Source: Candidatus Thiosymbion ectosymbiont of Robbea hypermnestra (lineage in GTDB: Bacteria; Pseudomonadota; Gammaproteobacteria; Chromatiales; Chromatiaceae). Taken from it: DNA of 34,682 bases. The notes under the pieces were generated by a model, which saw only the letters and a program-made list of their open reading frames with translations, searched no databases and was not told where the DNA came from. This document shows positions 8,681 through 18,283 of this stretch, piece by piece. Numbering within the stretch: the first letter of the stretch is position 1; each line of letters begins with the position of its first letter. Position numbers and translations under genes: made by a program. Where the stretch lies: the NCBI GenBank assembly GCA_020443945.1, contig JAIZWN010000676.1, forward strand, positions 1 to 34,682, read 5' to 3'.

Positions 8681-9676
8681 CTAAAGCCCATTGGGATGGT
8701 ACAGCACAATCCGGCTACCCATGTCATCAAAGTCGAATGGGACATGGATAAACTTCTCGAGCCGCCGACGAATCTCCGCCTGCTTCTCGGGTTTGGCGAA
8801 AAACAACATAAAACCACCGCCACCGGCACCCAGGAGCTTACCGCCGATCGCGCCCGCGCGCTTCGCCGTGTTGTATATTGCGTCGATTTCCGGGGTGGTG
8901 ACACGATCCGAGAGGGAGCGTTTATAGCTCCAGTTCCGGTCGAGCAGGTCGCCGAACTCTTCAATGGCAATCCGTTCGTCCTGCAGGATCTCGATTGCCT
9001 GATCGACCATTTTCCTCATGCTGTAGAGCTCTTGCGCACGCTTTTTCAGATTGGCTATCTTGGATTGAGCCACCTCCGAGGCGATGCGGGAAAAGCCCGT
9101 AAAGAACAACATGAAGTGGTCCCTCAGCTCTTGACTTCGAGAGGTCGGAAGGATAACCGGAGAAACGTCGAACCTGCCATTGCGATGGAACTCGATCCGA
9201 TTGAATCCACCGAACGCCGCCGATATCTGATCCTGCGACCCGACATTCTCGCCGATAATATTCTGTTCGATATGAATGGCATCCTTCGCCAGCTGGTCCT
9301 TGCTGCACATTCTTCCCTTCAGGGCCTGCAGCACATGCACCAGACCCACCGTAAAGGATGAGCTCGAACCCAGCCCGGAGCGTGCCGGCAGATCACCATC
9401 GTGATGAATTTCAAGCCCATTTTCTATCCCTGACCAATTCAATACGGCGCGTACCGCCGGATGCTCGATCTCATCGTTGCTGGTGACATTCTCGATTCTG
9501 GAATAGACGATACGATGCTTATGGTCGAAAAAAGGCGGCAACCTTCGACACGAAATATAACAGTATTTGTCGATACCGGTTGCAAGCACCGCCCCGCCAT
9601 GTTCGGAGAACCAGGCGGGATAGTCGGTGCCCCCACCGAAGAAGGAGATTCTAAATGGCGTCCTTGTAATAATCAC
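8681..9676 (-). CDS. hddA: GHMP sugar kinase, heptose-7-phosphate kinase-like
   Basis: RTPFRISFFGGGTD, PARSGLGSSS, GSQDQ, GGKLLGAGGGG. Confidence 0.85.
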   Translation of the reverse strand: MIITRTPFRISFFGGGTDYPAWFSEHGGAVLATGIDKYCYISCRRLPPFFDHKHRIVYSRIENVTSNDEIEHPAVRAVLNWSGIENGLEIHHDGDLPARSGLGSSSSFTVGLVHVLQALKGRMCSKDQLAKDAIHIEQNIIGENVGSQDQISAAFGGFNRIEFHRNGRFDVSPVILPTSRSQELRDHFMLFFTGFSRIASEVAQSKIANLKKRAQELYSMRKMVDQAIEILQDERIAIEEFGDLLDRNWSYKRSLSDRVTTPEIDAIYNTAKRAGAIGGKLLGAGGGGFMLFFAKPEKQAEIRRRLEKFIHVPFDFDDMGSRIVLYHPNGL

Positions 9677-9677
9677 C

Positions 9678-11204
9678 TCAATCCCCCAATAGCTTTCTCT
9701 TGAGCCGAATGGCGGCCATATCCTCTATATTTTTTCTCTGTTGCAAACCGAATTTATTCTCGACCAGGTCGAGATAGGCCGGATTGGTGAAATAGGTTTG
9801 CCACGCCTCATCCCTGAATCTCAACACCTCCGCGGAGCTGATATGCTTCGTGGGTAAAGGCTGGCTCTCATAAGAGAGGAAAGCGTATCCCTCATAGGCG
9901 TCCGGAAGCGCCCACCCGTTTTTCCTGGCGATATGGAACATGGGACTGCCCGGCAGCGCCTGACAGGGATACATGTTTGCCATCTCCGTATTCAGCTCCA
10001 GGGCAAGCTCCAATGTCTCCTGCATGGTGTCAAGCGTATCTTCCGGGAATCCGAAAATATAGTTGCTGATTATGTTGATGTCCGCATCATTGATTTTTTC
10101 ACACACCTCCCGAATATTGACCTCCTGAAACGAGCCTTTCGATACCTCCCGGCGAACCAGCTGGTTTCCCGCCTCGACACCCAGGGCCAGCCAATTGACC
10201 CCCGCCCGCTTGAACAGCTCGAGCATATCCTTGCGCACGGTATCGACGCGCGAATAGGTCCACATATTGAAGTCGAATCCCCGAGCAATGGCTTGTTGCA
10301 GCACCGGCTCGTAGTATTTACGGTTGAGAAAGAACATTTCGTCGCTGATGCGCAGGGTTCGCACCCCCATATCGGCCAGCTTGCTCATCTCGCGGCTGAC
10401 CCATGCCGGGCTCCAGAAGCGCATCCCCCGTGAATGCGAGGCATTGATGCCCTCGCTGTTATCGACACGGTTGACGATATTGATCATGCAGAAATCACAG
10501 CCGAAGTTGCAGCCCAGCGATGTATAAATGGCCGCAAAGGGCGTGCGCTTATCATGGTCGAATTCCGCATGCCAGAAATGGGCGCGATACAGATCGAGCG
10601 GCTTCTCGCGATAGGGCAGGAGATCCCATGCGTAACCCGGCATATCCTCATCCATGCGTTCCTGGGGAACGACATGCTGCACGGGATTCAGTGTCGGGAC
10701 GGGAAATCCGGCAGGACCCCGTTGTTTATGACCAATGCCCTTGATATGCGGCAAGTCGGTGCCGAGGTTACTCCTTAAAAGGTTATGGAGCGCATACACG
10801 CCTTCATTCAACAATACGATATCCACGCAATCGTTCGCGAGTACCTCCATCGGCAGGGCGCTTGTATGAGAGCCGACGAAACAGATCGGTAGGCCCGGAT
10901 TCGATTCCTTGAGCGCCCGCGCAAGCTCGAATGCGCCGATCATACTCGTCGTTCCCGAGTTGGGATTCTGTCCATAGACCACGAACACGACAAGACGTGG
11001 CGCGCTATCTTCTATACGCCGCACCGATTCTTCGAGCGAAAGCCTCTCGGCGTCACAATCGAGTATTCCCACGCCGAAACCCTTGGACCGACAGGATTCG
11101 GCGAGCAACAGGGCCCAGGTCGGTGGCTCGATCGCGGAGTAGACCTTCGACAGGTCCTGGTAGGCCTTTGCGGAGGAATCAGGATTGATAAACAAAACAT
11201 CCAT
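9678..11204 (-). CDS. cobalamin-dependent radical SAM enzyme (class B methyltransferase-like)
   Basis: N-terminal B12-binding-type region, CNFGCDFC (CxxxCxxC), ALGVEAG, YIFGFPED. Confidence 0.9.
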   Translation of the reverse strand: MDVLFINPDSSAKAYQDLSKVYSAIEPPTWALLLAESCRSKGFGVGILDCDAERLSLEESVRRIEDSAPRLVVFVVYGQNPNSGTTSMIGAFELARALKESNPGLPICFVGSHTSALPMEVLANDCVDIVLLNEGVYALHNLLRSNLGTDLPHIKGIGHKQRGPAGFPVPTLNPVQHVVPQERMDEDMPGYAWDLLPYREKPLDLYRAHFWHAEFDHDKRTPFAAIYTSLGCNFGCDFCMINIVNRVDNSEGINASHSRGMRFWSPAWVSREMSKLADMGVRTLRISDEMFFLNRKYYEPVLQQAIARGFDFNMWTYSRVDTVRKDMLELFKRAGVNWLALGVEAGNQLVRREVSKGSFQEVNIREVCEKINDADINIISNYIFGFPEDTLDTMQETLELALELNTEMANMYPCQALPGSPMFHIARKNGWALPDAYEGYAFLSYESQPLPTKHISSAEVLRFRDEAWQTYFTNPAYLDLVENKFGLQQRKNIEDMAAIRLKRKLLGD

Positions 11205-11223
11205 CTGTGCTATCTCTGATTAA

Positions 11224-11291
11224 AGGGCACCTTGATAAATCCAAGGTGTCCGTGAGGGGCAGAAATGCCTTGCTATTTTTCAAGGTCCCCT
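11224..11291. mobile_element. MITE-like remnant (terminal inverted repeats only)
   Basis: AGGGCACCTTGATAAAT ... ATTTTTCAAGGTCCCCT (15/17 inverted match). The same ends recur at 25001-25171. Confidence 0.6.
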
Positions 11292-11337
11292 GAAGTAATG
11301 AACCCACGGCAATCAATTCGCATATCGACTATGCCGC

Positions 11338-12360
11338 CTACCCATTCATTCCCGGTTCCTCGGGCTTCGAAGCCCGCTCCCCCCCGCGATATTCTGGTGT
11401 GGAAAGCGCTCGAACCATTTCCGGCAGCACATCGAAAAAGGTCTGCTCCGGTCGCCAGCCCAGCTCATTGCGAATACGCCCCGCCCGGTAACAGGCCGAA
11501 TCGGCCAACCGCGACAGTACCGCGGAATTCAGCGGCATTTTCCGTCCCGACAACCACTCCAGCGCGTCACCCGCCACAACCCCCAGGCGCAATACCCCCG
11601 CGGGAAGGCGCCAACGTGGTACCGGAACCCCCACCGCCGCACATATGGCCTCATAGAGTGCACGGGGAGAATAGTCTACCCCATCCGCCACAATGTAGGT
11701 TCGACCATTGGCCCTGTGGTTCTCCATCGCCAGCCCTGCCGCCACGATCAGATCATCCAGCGACACCATCGAGCGGCGATTGCCGAACTCGGGCAGGGGA
11801 GGAAAGCGCCGCCCTTCAATCGCCCGTAGCATTTCAAGCAGATTGCCCTTGATCCCCGGCCCATAGACCAACGTAGGGCGCAGGTTGCAGACGTGCATCC
11901 CAGACTGCGCCCCCGTGGTCAATACGCGCTGTTCCGCCTCCCGCTTGGAGCGACCATAAGGATCATCGGGCTGGCAATCCCAGCGCTCATCCACACACCG
12001 ACTGCCCGGAGCCCCCGCCGCCTTGGCGCTGCTGAAATAGACGAACCGTGCAACACCGGCATCCGCAGCCTCCTGCAACAAGGCCTCCGTGCCCGCCAGG
12101 TTGACCCGCCGGTAGCGATCCGCCTCCCCGTCCGCGAGATCGGTATGCGCCAGACCCGCAAGGTGGAAGACACCAGCCACCTTTGCCATCACACCGGGCG
12201 GAAGGGGTTCGGAACCGAGCTCACCATGGAATGCGCGGTCCCACGGCCCCGCTTTACGCCGACGCAATAACGCCCAGACCTCATGGCCTCGAGCACGGAG
12301 ATGTCCACACAGCGGGCGACCGATGAATCCCGCCGCCCCCGTTACCAGATAACGGCTCAT
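11338..12360 (-). CDS. NAD-dependent epimerase/dehydratase family protein
   Basis: YLVTGAAGFIG, VFHLAG, FSSAKA, YGRSK, LRPTLVYGPG. Starts 2 nt after the mtnA stop. Confidence 0.9.
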   Translation of the reverse strand: MSRYLVTGAAGFIGRPLCGHLRARGHEVWALLRRRKAGPWDRAFHGELGSEPLPPGVMAKVAGVFHLAGLAHTDLADGEADRYRRVNLAGTEALLQEAADAGVARFVYFSSAKAAGAPGSRCVDERWDCQPDDPYGRSKREAEQRVLTTGAQSGMHVCNLRPTLVYGPGIKGNLLEMLRAIEGRRFPPLPEFGNRRSMVSLDDLIVAAGLAMENHRANGRTYIVADGVDYSPRALYEAICAAVGVPVPRWRLPAGVLRLGVVAGDALEWLSGRKMPLNSAVLSRLADSACYRAGRIRNELGWRPEQTFFDVLPEMVRALSTPEYRGGERASKPEEPGMNG

Positions 12361-12362
12361 CT

Positions 12363-13421
12363 TCAGGAAGCAAACAAGGCCGCCACACGATCGGTAGTCG
12401 GTCGTTTCACAACCGCCTTTTCCGTAATGAGAGCGGTAACCAGATCCGCCGGGGTAACATCGAACGCCGGATTACGGACCGCAACCCCCTGGGCGGCCCA
12501 TCGGCAGTCCCGATACCCCATCACCTCATCGGCGTCACGCTCTTCAATGGGGATTTCAGAGCCATCGGCGATACCCAGGTCGATCGTCGATAACGGACAG
12601 GCCACATAGAAAGGAATCCCATGGCGTTGCGCCAACACCGCCACCATATAGGTGCCGATCTTGTTTGCCACATCACCATTGGCCGCGACGCGATCCGTAC
12701 CGACAACCACCGCATCGATCTCACCCCGGCTCATGAGATGACCGGCCATATTGTCGGAGATCAAGGTGATCGGAATTTTCGCCTGCACCATCTCCCAGGC
12801 AGTCAACCGCGCCCCCTGAAGAAATGGGCGCGTCTCGTCCGCGATCACGGATATCTTCTTGCCCGACTCCACCGCGGAGCGAATCACGCCCAGGGCCGTG
12901 CCATGGCCGGCCGTTGCCAGGGCGCCCGCGTTACAGTGCGTGAGAACTCGCGCACCATCGGGCAGGAGTTCCGCGCCCAAGGCGCCCATGGCGCGATTGA
13001 TCCGAATATCTTCCGACACAATCCCGTGGGCCTCCTCCAGCAACTCCTCCGCCACCTCCGGCGGGTCGGCATCCGGCTTTACGGCCATCCTTGCCCGCAT
13101 TCGTTGCAACGCCCAAAACAGGTTCACCGCGGTAGGGCGGCTCCCGGCCAGAACCTCGAACGCCCTCTCCATTTCCTCCCTGAACCTTTCGCTACCCAGA
13201 TCGCGCAGCTTCCACGCCGCCAACGCCACCCCGTAAGCCGCCGCGCAACCGATCGCCGGCGCGCCGCGCACGACCATCGAGCGGATTCCGTCCGCCACAC
13301 CGGCGGCCGAGTCGCAGGAGATATATTCGAAACGAGCAGGCAATACACGCTGATCGATCATCTCCAGACGGCCATCTTTCCAGCGTAAGGTCTCCACATC
13401 GCGCCCGGTAACCTCGGACAT
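12363..13421 (-). CDS. mtnA: S-methyl-5-thioribose-1-phosphate isomerase
   Basis: MVVRGAPAIG, SRPTAVNL, LTHCNAGALAT, DETRPFLQGARLT, NKIGTY, NPAFDVTP. Start placed at MSEVTG, just after the apt stop. Confidence 0.95.
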   Translation of the reverse strand: MSEVTGRDVETLRWKDGRLEMIDQRVLPARFEYISCDSAAGVADGIRSMVVRGAPAIGCAAAYGVALAAWKLRDLGSERFREEMERAFEVLAGSRPTAVNLFWALQRMRARMAVKPDADPPEVAEELLEEAHGIVSEDIRINRAMGALGAELLPDGARVLTHCNAGALATAGHGTALGVIRSAVESGKKISVIADETRPFLQGARLTAWEMVQAKIPITLISDNMAGHLMSRGEIDAVVVGTDRVAANGDVANKIGTYMVAVLAQRHGIPFYVACPLSTIDLGIADGSEIPIEERDADEVMGYRDCRWAAQGVAVRNPAFDVTPADLVTALITEKAVVKRPTTDRVAALFAS

Positions 13422-13425
13422 CCCA

Positions 13426-13953
13426 TCAATCCCCCTCGAACTCGCAGAGCGAAAAGACCTTTTGTCCCTGGGCCTCCAACCGCGCCCGACCGCCCACATC
13501 CGGCAAATCGATCACAAAGCAACACTCGATGATTTCGCCCCCCATCTCCTGAATCAGCTTTACCGCCGCCTCCGCCGTGCCGCCGGTCGCAATCAGATCA
13601 TCCACGAGAAGGATCTGATCGCCCTTATTGATGGCATCGGTATGGATCTCGATCCGGTCCGTGCCATACTCCAGCTCGTAATCGTGGCCGACCGTTTCGG
13701 CAGGCAGCTTGCCCTTCTTGCGTATCGGCACAAAGCCAACCCCGAGAAGATAGGCCAATGGGGCGGCAAGAATAAACCCCCTCGACTCGATCCCGACCAC
13801 CCTATCGATCTCGACGCCGGTATAGCGGTTGGTCAATTCATGGACCGTAATCCGAAAGCCCACCGGGTCTTTCAACAGCGTTGTAATATCCCGAAACATG
13901 ATTCCCTGTTTCGGATAGTGTTCAATGGTTCGAATACGAGACTTGATCGGCAT
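13426..13953 (-). CDS. apt: adenine phosphoribosyltransferase
   Basis: [40 protein letters not shown] (PRPP motif). Start at MPIKS. Confidence 0.96.
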   Translation of the reverse strand: MPIKSRIRTIEHYPKQGIMFRDITTLLKDPVGFRITVHELTNRYTGVEIDRVVGIESRGFILAAPLAYLLGVGFVPIRKKGKLPAETVGHDYELEYGTDRIEIHTDAINKGDQILLVDDLIATGGTAEAAVKLIQEMGGEIIECCFVIDLPDVGGRARLEAQGQKVFSLCEFEGD

Positions 13954-13970
13954 CTCTGTGCCCCTTGCAA

Positions 13971-14861
13971 TCAATCGGAATTCAACATACGCCCGGCAAC
14001 CGCGTCCAACCTCTTCACCAACTCCGGGTCACGCCCTTCCGGGGGGGTGATCAACGCATATTCGAGGGCGGCTCGACAGCCGCAGCTTTGCGCCGACCAG
14101 TCCGTCCGGGTGCGCGGCGCGATCTTCTTGACCAACGAACGGGCATTATCCGCGTTGGCCCGCAATACCTGCACAATGACATCGACCGTCACATCGTCAT
14201 GATTCGGATGCCAGCAGTCGTAATCCGTCACCATCGCCACGGTCGCGTAACAGATCTCCGCCTCGCGGGCGAGCTTCGCCTCCGGCATATTGGTCATGCC
14301 GATCACATCGCAATTCCAGGTGCGATAGAGTTCGGACTCGGCCAGGCTGGAGAACTGCGGCCCCTCCATGACCAGGTAGGTCCCGCCGCGCGCCGCCTCG
14401 ATGCCCACCTCCCGCGCCGCGGCCTCGATATGATCCCCCAGCCGGTTACAGACCGGATGCGCCATGGAAACGTGGGCAACCAGTCCCGTGCCGAAAAAAC
14501 TCTTTTTCCGCGCAAAGGTACGGTCGATAAACTGGTCCACGATGACGAACATGCCCGGTCGCAAGTGCTCCCGCAAGGAGCCGACCGCGCTTACCGAGAT
14601 CACATCGGTAACACCAGCCCTTTTCAGCACGTCCACATTGGCCCGAAAGTTGATATCGCACGGCGGAATCTGATGCCCGCGACCATGCCGGGGCAGAAAT
14701 ACCATTTGCTGTCCGTCCAGCTCGCCGAACAGCAGGGAATCCGACGGCTCACCGAATGGTGAGGAGAGCTTCTCCCAGTGGGTATTCGTCAATCCATCGA
14801 TCTCGTACACCCCGCTTCCGCCGATAATTCCGAGCACCGGATTCGTGTTCTTATTTCCCAT
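13971..14861 (-). CDS. mtnP: S-methyl-5'-thioadenosine phosphorylase (MTAP)
   Basis: [55 protein letters not shown]. Confidence 0.95.
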   Translation of the reverse strand: MGNKNTNPVLGIIGGSGVYEIDGLTNTHWEKLSSPFGEPSDSLLFGELDGQQMVFLPRHGRGHQIPPCDINFRANVDVLKRAGVTDVISVSAVGSLREHLRPGMFVIVDQFIDRTFARKKSFFGTGLVAHVSMAHPVCNRLGDHIEAAAREVGIEAARGGTYLVMEGPQFSSLAESELYRTWNCDVIGMTNMPEAKLAREAEICYATVAMVTDYDCWHPNHDDVTVDVIVQVLRANADNARSLVKKIAPRTRTDWSAQSCGCRAALEYALITPPEGRDPELVKRLDAVAGRMLNSD

Positions 14862-14895
14862 CGATCACCCTCTCGACTCGAGCCTGCGGAAACGC

Positions 14896-15807
14896 TCAAC
14901 GAACAAAGGGCCGCAGCCAACCATTGGCGGCCAGATAACGCCCGAAGAACCATAACCATAACCAACTCCGCCAACGCCAAGGCAATCCTCTATCGAGCAG
15001 CAGGCTTTTGGTGAAGACGGCCAAGGCCGCAAATGGATTGGAAGGTATCGCCTTGCGGCAATGAAGCGGCCGCTGTTCTTCGCGCTCATTACCCCGCAGG
15101 GCCTGCATCAGCCGCCTGGCCGCGACCTGCCGTGCCGCGATCAAACACAAAAAGGTAGGATCATCATCGAACCGCCCCCTTCTTCTGTAGGTTTCATCGA
15201 TAGTCGCCTTGCCGGTGCGGTAATGCAGGTGTTCGAAAATCAGGTTTTCAAGATATCGAATACGATCATGCCCGGCGTGTTGCAAGCGTTTGAAAATATC
15301 GAAGAGGTGGTAGTCGATAAATGCACTACGATAGGCCGTCGGATAGGGCTCCCCCAGCAGATCGCAGGTGTGCCGCGACAAAATCGGGAAGGTACAGAGC
15401 TTGCCGCCCTTGAACAGATCATTGCCATAGGCAAGGTAGATCCCATCCGGAAAGGCCGCATGAATGGAACGCACCTGCTCATCCCACCCCTGGGTCCGAA
15501 TGACCATGTCATCATTCACCAGGATGATGATCTCGCCGGACGATCGCTCCAGGCACCGGCTGTTATAGCCCCCCATCGTCAGTCTCGGCCCGATAATTCT
15601 GTCAACCCGGATATCCGGGTGATCGAGATGATGACTCCCCGCATCGTCATCATCCACGTACAAAATGACCTCGACCGCCTCCGGATGAGCGGATCGATCG
15701 ACGACGCTCTGGAGAAAACGGGCCGCCAACGCGGGACGACCATACGTCGGCAACAGCAGCGAGATCAATTGCGGCGCATTCACGGAACCGTCAGACGACC
15801 CGGTCAT
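14896..15807 (-). CDS. glycosyltransferase family 2 (GT-A fold)
   Basis: ISLLLPTYGRP, VILYVDDDD, IIILVNDD (DxD-like), EHLHY. Start uncertain (ATG 15807 or GTG 15783). Confidence 0.85.
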   Translation of the reverse strand: MTGSSDGSVNAPQLISLLLPTYGRPALAARFLQSVVDRSAHPEAVEVILYVDDDDAGSHHLDHPDIRVDRIIGPRLTMGGYNSRCLERSSGEIIILVNDDMVIRTQGWDEQVRSIHAAFPDGIYLAYGNDLFKGGKLCTFPILSRHTCDLLGEPYPTAYRSAFIDYHLFDIFKRLQHAGHDRIRYLENLIFEHLHYRTGKATIDETYRRRGRFDDDPTFLCLIAARQVAARRLMQALRGNEREEQRPLHCRKAIPSNPFAALAVFTKSLLLDRGLPWRWRSWLWLWFFGRYLAANGWLRPFVR

Positions 15808-17767
15808 TACCGCCGTCCACCGGCACCTGCGCCCCCGTGGTCTTGGCAAAGGCCGGACCGCACATCTGCACGACCAGCTCGGCAACATCCCGGCTGGTCA
15901 CCTCGGTCTTCAACAGATTGTTGCGCTTGTACTCTGCCACCGACAGGCCATAGTGCGCGGCCCTGGCGGTCACCACCTCCTCGGTCCAGATGCCGGTGTC
16001 AAATACCGCGTTGGGATGAACGGAGTTGATCCTGATCCCCTCTCCCCCCCACTCGAGGGCGGCGACCCGGGCCAACTGGTTCAGGGCCGCCTTGGAAGCG
16101 GAATAGGCGGCCGCGCCGGGACCGGGCGCCGGCACATTCTTGGAGCCGATAATCACAACGCGCCCACCCTTGAACGCCAGCTCGAGAAAGGGATGGGCCG
16201 CGCGCATCAACATCAGGTTGGCGTCCAGATTCACCGCCATCACTTTACGCCATGGCGCCAATGAAAGCTCGGCAATCCTGCAGCCGCCGGGAAACATCCC
16301 GGCGTTCAGAATCAGCATCTCCAGCCCACCAAAGGCATCCACGGTCCTCGTCAGAATCTCCCCGAGTAGGGTCTCGGACGTCACGTCGCCGACCAAACCG
16401 AGATAATCCGCCCTTGCGTACAGGGTCTGGACATCCGGATTGATATCCACCCCCACGACGGCCGCCCCTTGCGCCAACAAGGCCTCCACGCAGGCCCTTC
16501 CGATGCCGGAGGCGGCGCCGGTCACCAGGGCGACCTCCCCGGCAAACCGGGGCGGCTTACCCGCCTTTCTCAGCTTGGCCTGCTCGAGATCCCAGTATTC
16601 GACATCGAACAGCTCCCTGGCGGGCAAGGCCCGGTAGCCGCCCAATATCTCGGCGCGCTGAATGACCCCCATGGTGTGCCGGTAGATATCCGCCGTGATA
16701 CCCGCCTCCTTGGCGGAGCGCCCGACCGTGCACATCCCCAGGGCGGGATCCAGCACCACGCGCGGTGCTGGATCCAGCATGGTCTTGCGCTCTTTGGCCA
16801 GCGGCGCATTTTCGGAAAAATAATCCTTGTAGGCGGCGACATAGGCATCCAGCTCCCGGCCGACCAGCGGCAGGCGTTTGGTGCGAATCACATGATCCGG
16901 CGTGGCGGGCCCCCGTTGCGTAATCGAGTCGAGATCCCGGCGTGCAACGAAAGACATGGTCGGGGGATCCGTATAACGCCTCATGATTACGGGAAACCCC
17001 GCCGCCTCGGCAATCCGCCGTCGCAAACCCGCAAGCACAAGAGCGGCATCCCCATCGGGCTCGGCCGGGGCACAGGCGATGTCCCAAGCCCCCTGCGCCT
17101 GCAAATAGGACTCGGCCTTCCCAACCAGATAAATCATGCGCTCATAAGACTCCTCGGCGGACTCCCCGAAGGAAAAAATGCCATGGTTCAACAACACCAT
17201 GCCCAGGGTGTGCGAGGTCGCCTCGGTTGCCAGTCGCTCCGCGCAGAGGCGCGCCAGGTCGAAGCCGGGCATTACATAGGGAATGACGATAATCTCACGC
17301 CCATAGAGCTCCCGTATCCTGGCTTCGCCCCCCGGCGAATTGGTGATCGTGACTACCGCATCGGCATGGGTGTGGTCCACATATTTACCGGGGATGATGG
17401 CATGCAAAATCGCCTCGACCGAAGGGACCGGGGCCGTAGCGCGGGTCATATGGGTAACCAGCTCATTCACCATCTCTGGATCGGAGAGCGAAGACAGCCC
17501 GGCAAGCCGCTGCAAATGCGCCAGACGGACAGGGGAAAAGCCCGCTTCCTCGATGGTCTCCAGATCCCAACCGCTGCCCTTTACATAGAGAATCTCTTCC
17601 GCCTCGCCGAAACGGTTTTTCTCCGTCAGCTTGACAGAGGTATTGCCACCACCATGCAGCACCAAGGATTTTTCCCTTCCCAGCAAACGGGATGAATAGA
17701 CCCTCTGCGCAATATCGTCTCCCACCGAGATAGCGGCGGTATCCTCATGGTTCCACAAACTATTCAT
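15791..17767 (-). CDS. bifunctional class II aldolase / short-chain dehydrogenase (RhaEW-like fusion)
   Basis: N-terminal HGGGNTSVK, VKGSG, PSVE..LH, HTHADA, NHG; C-terminal TGAASGIG, NAG, YSASK. Start at MNSLW. Confidence 0.9.
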   Translation of the reverse strand: MNSLWNHEDTAAISVGDDIAQRVYSSRLLGREKSLVLHGGGNTSVKLTEKNRFGEAEEILYVKGSGWDLETIEEAGFSPVRLAHLQRLAGLSSLSDPEMVNELVTHMTRATAPVPSVEAILHAIIPGKYVDHTHADAVVTITNSPGGEARIRELYGREIIVIPYVMPGFDLARLCAERLATEATSHTLGMVLLNHGIFSFGESAEESYERMIYLVGKAESYLQAQGAWDIACAPAEPDGDAALVLAGLRRRIAEAAGFPVIMRRYTDPPTMSFVARRDLDSITQRGPATPDHVIRTKRLPLVGRELDAYVAAYKDYFSENAPLAKERKTMLDPAPRVVLDPALGMCTVGRSAKEAGITADIYRHTMGVIQRAEILGGYRALPARELFDVEYWDLEQAKLRKAGKPPRFAGEVALVTGAASGIGRACVEALLAQGAAVVGVDINPDVQTLYARADYLGLVGDVTSETLLGEILTRTVDAFGGLEMLILNAGMFPGGCRIAELSLAPWRKVMAVNLDANLMLMRAAHPFLELAFKGGRVVIIGSKNVPAPGPGAAAYSASKAALNQLARVAALEWGGEGIRINSVHPNAVFDTGIWTEEVVTARAAHYGLSVAEYKRNNLLKTEVTSRDVAELVVQMCGPAFAKTTGAQVPVDGGNDRVV

Positions 17768-17873
17768 CCGACAACTCCGACATCGTGCCAATTATTACCG
17801 AAAAAAGACGAAAAAAATCCAGCCCAATCAGGGCGTCAATACCCCAAGATTGTTCAAAATGCGAAACGTACAT
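17760..17873 (-). pseudogene. remnant of a clan AA (retropepsin-like) aspartic protease gene
   Basis: Manual translation gives MYVSHFEQSWGIDALIGLDFFRLFSVII... This matches the C-terminal G(L/I)D..(L/I)G.DF motif; the N-terminal DTG motif is missing. Confidence 0.5.
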
Positions 17874-18087
17874 GGCTTCTTAATCCGGCAAATTTAGATT
17901 CGCCAGTATATCGAAATGCTGTTGGTTTATTTAATGACGGCAGCCGATAAACGTCATCTTTTTCTTTTGAATGGCGGTCGACAATTCCAGCAAAAATATG
18001 ACCGCATTTATCCAAATCAAAGTCGGTAATAAGCAACCATTCGCCCGGATACTCCTTTTTCATTTCGTCCCACGTTATCTTTGTCAT
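17854..18087 (-). CDS. small hypothetical protein (DUF5678-like)
   Basis: MTKITWDEMKKEYPGEWLLI...RHSKEKDDVY resembles small proteins encoded upstream of aspartic proteases. Confidence 0.6.
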   Translation of the reverse strand: MTKITWDEMKKEYPGEWLLITDFDLDKCGHIFAGIVDRHSKEKDDVYRLPSLNKPTAFRYTGESKFAGLRSHVRFAF

Positions 18088-18172
18088 GGTGAAGAAAACC
18101 TCTTTGCCTGACCGATGCATATCCGATAACGCACTACGAGGTCGGCCCGCCCTCATCGACTACCTTTAATAC

Positions 18173-18224
18173 ATTCGCGTTGATTTGCGGCTGATTCTTT
18201 TTTTTGCCGCAAATGAACGCGAAT
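18173..18224. repeat. 19-bp inverted repeat
   Basis: ATTCGCGTTGATTTGCGGC and GCCGCAAATGAACGCGAAT pair with 1 mismatch around a T-rich loop. Confidence 0.8.
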
Positions 18225-18283
18225 AAACGCAAATGAGACGAAAAGATGCACGTAGGTCAGGGATCGAAGAATGCACTTCCACC

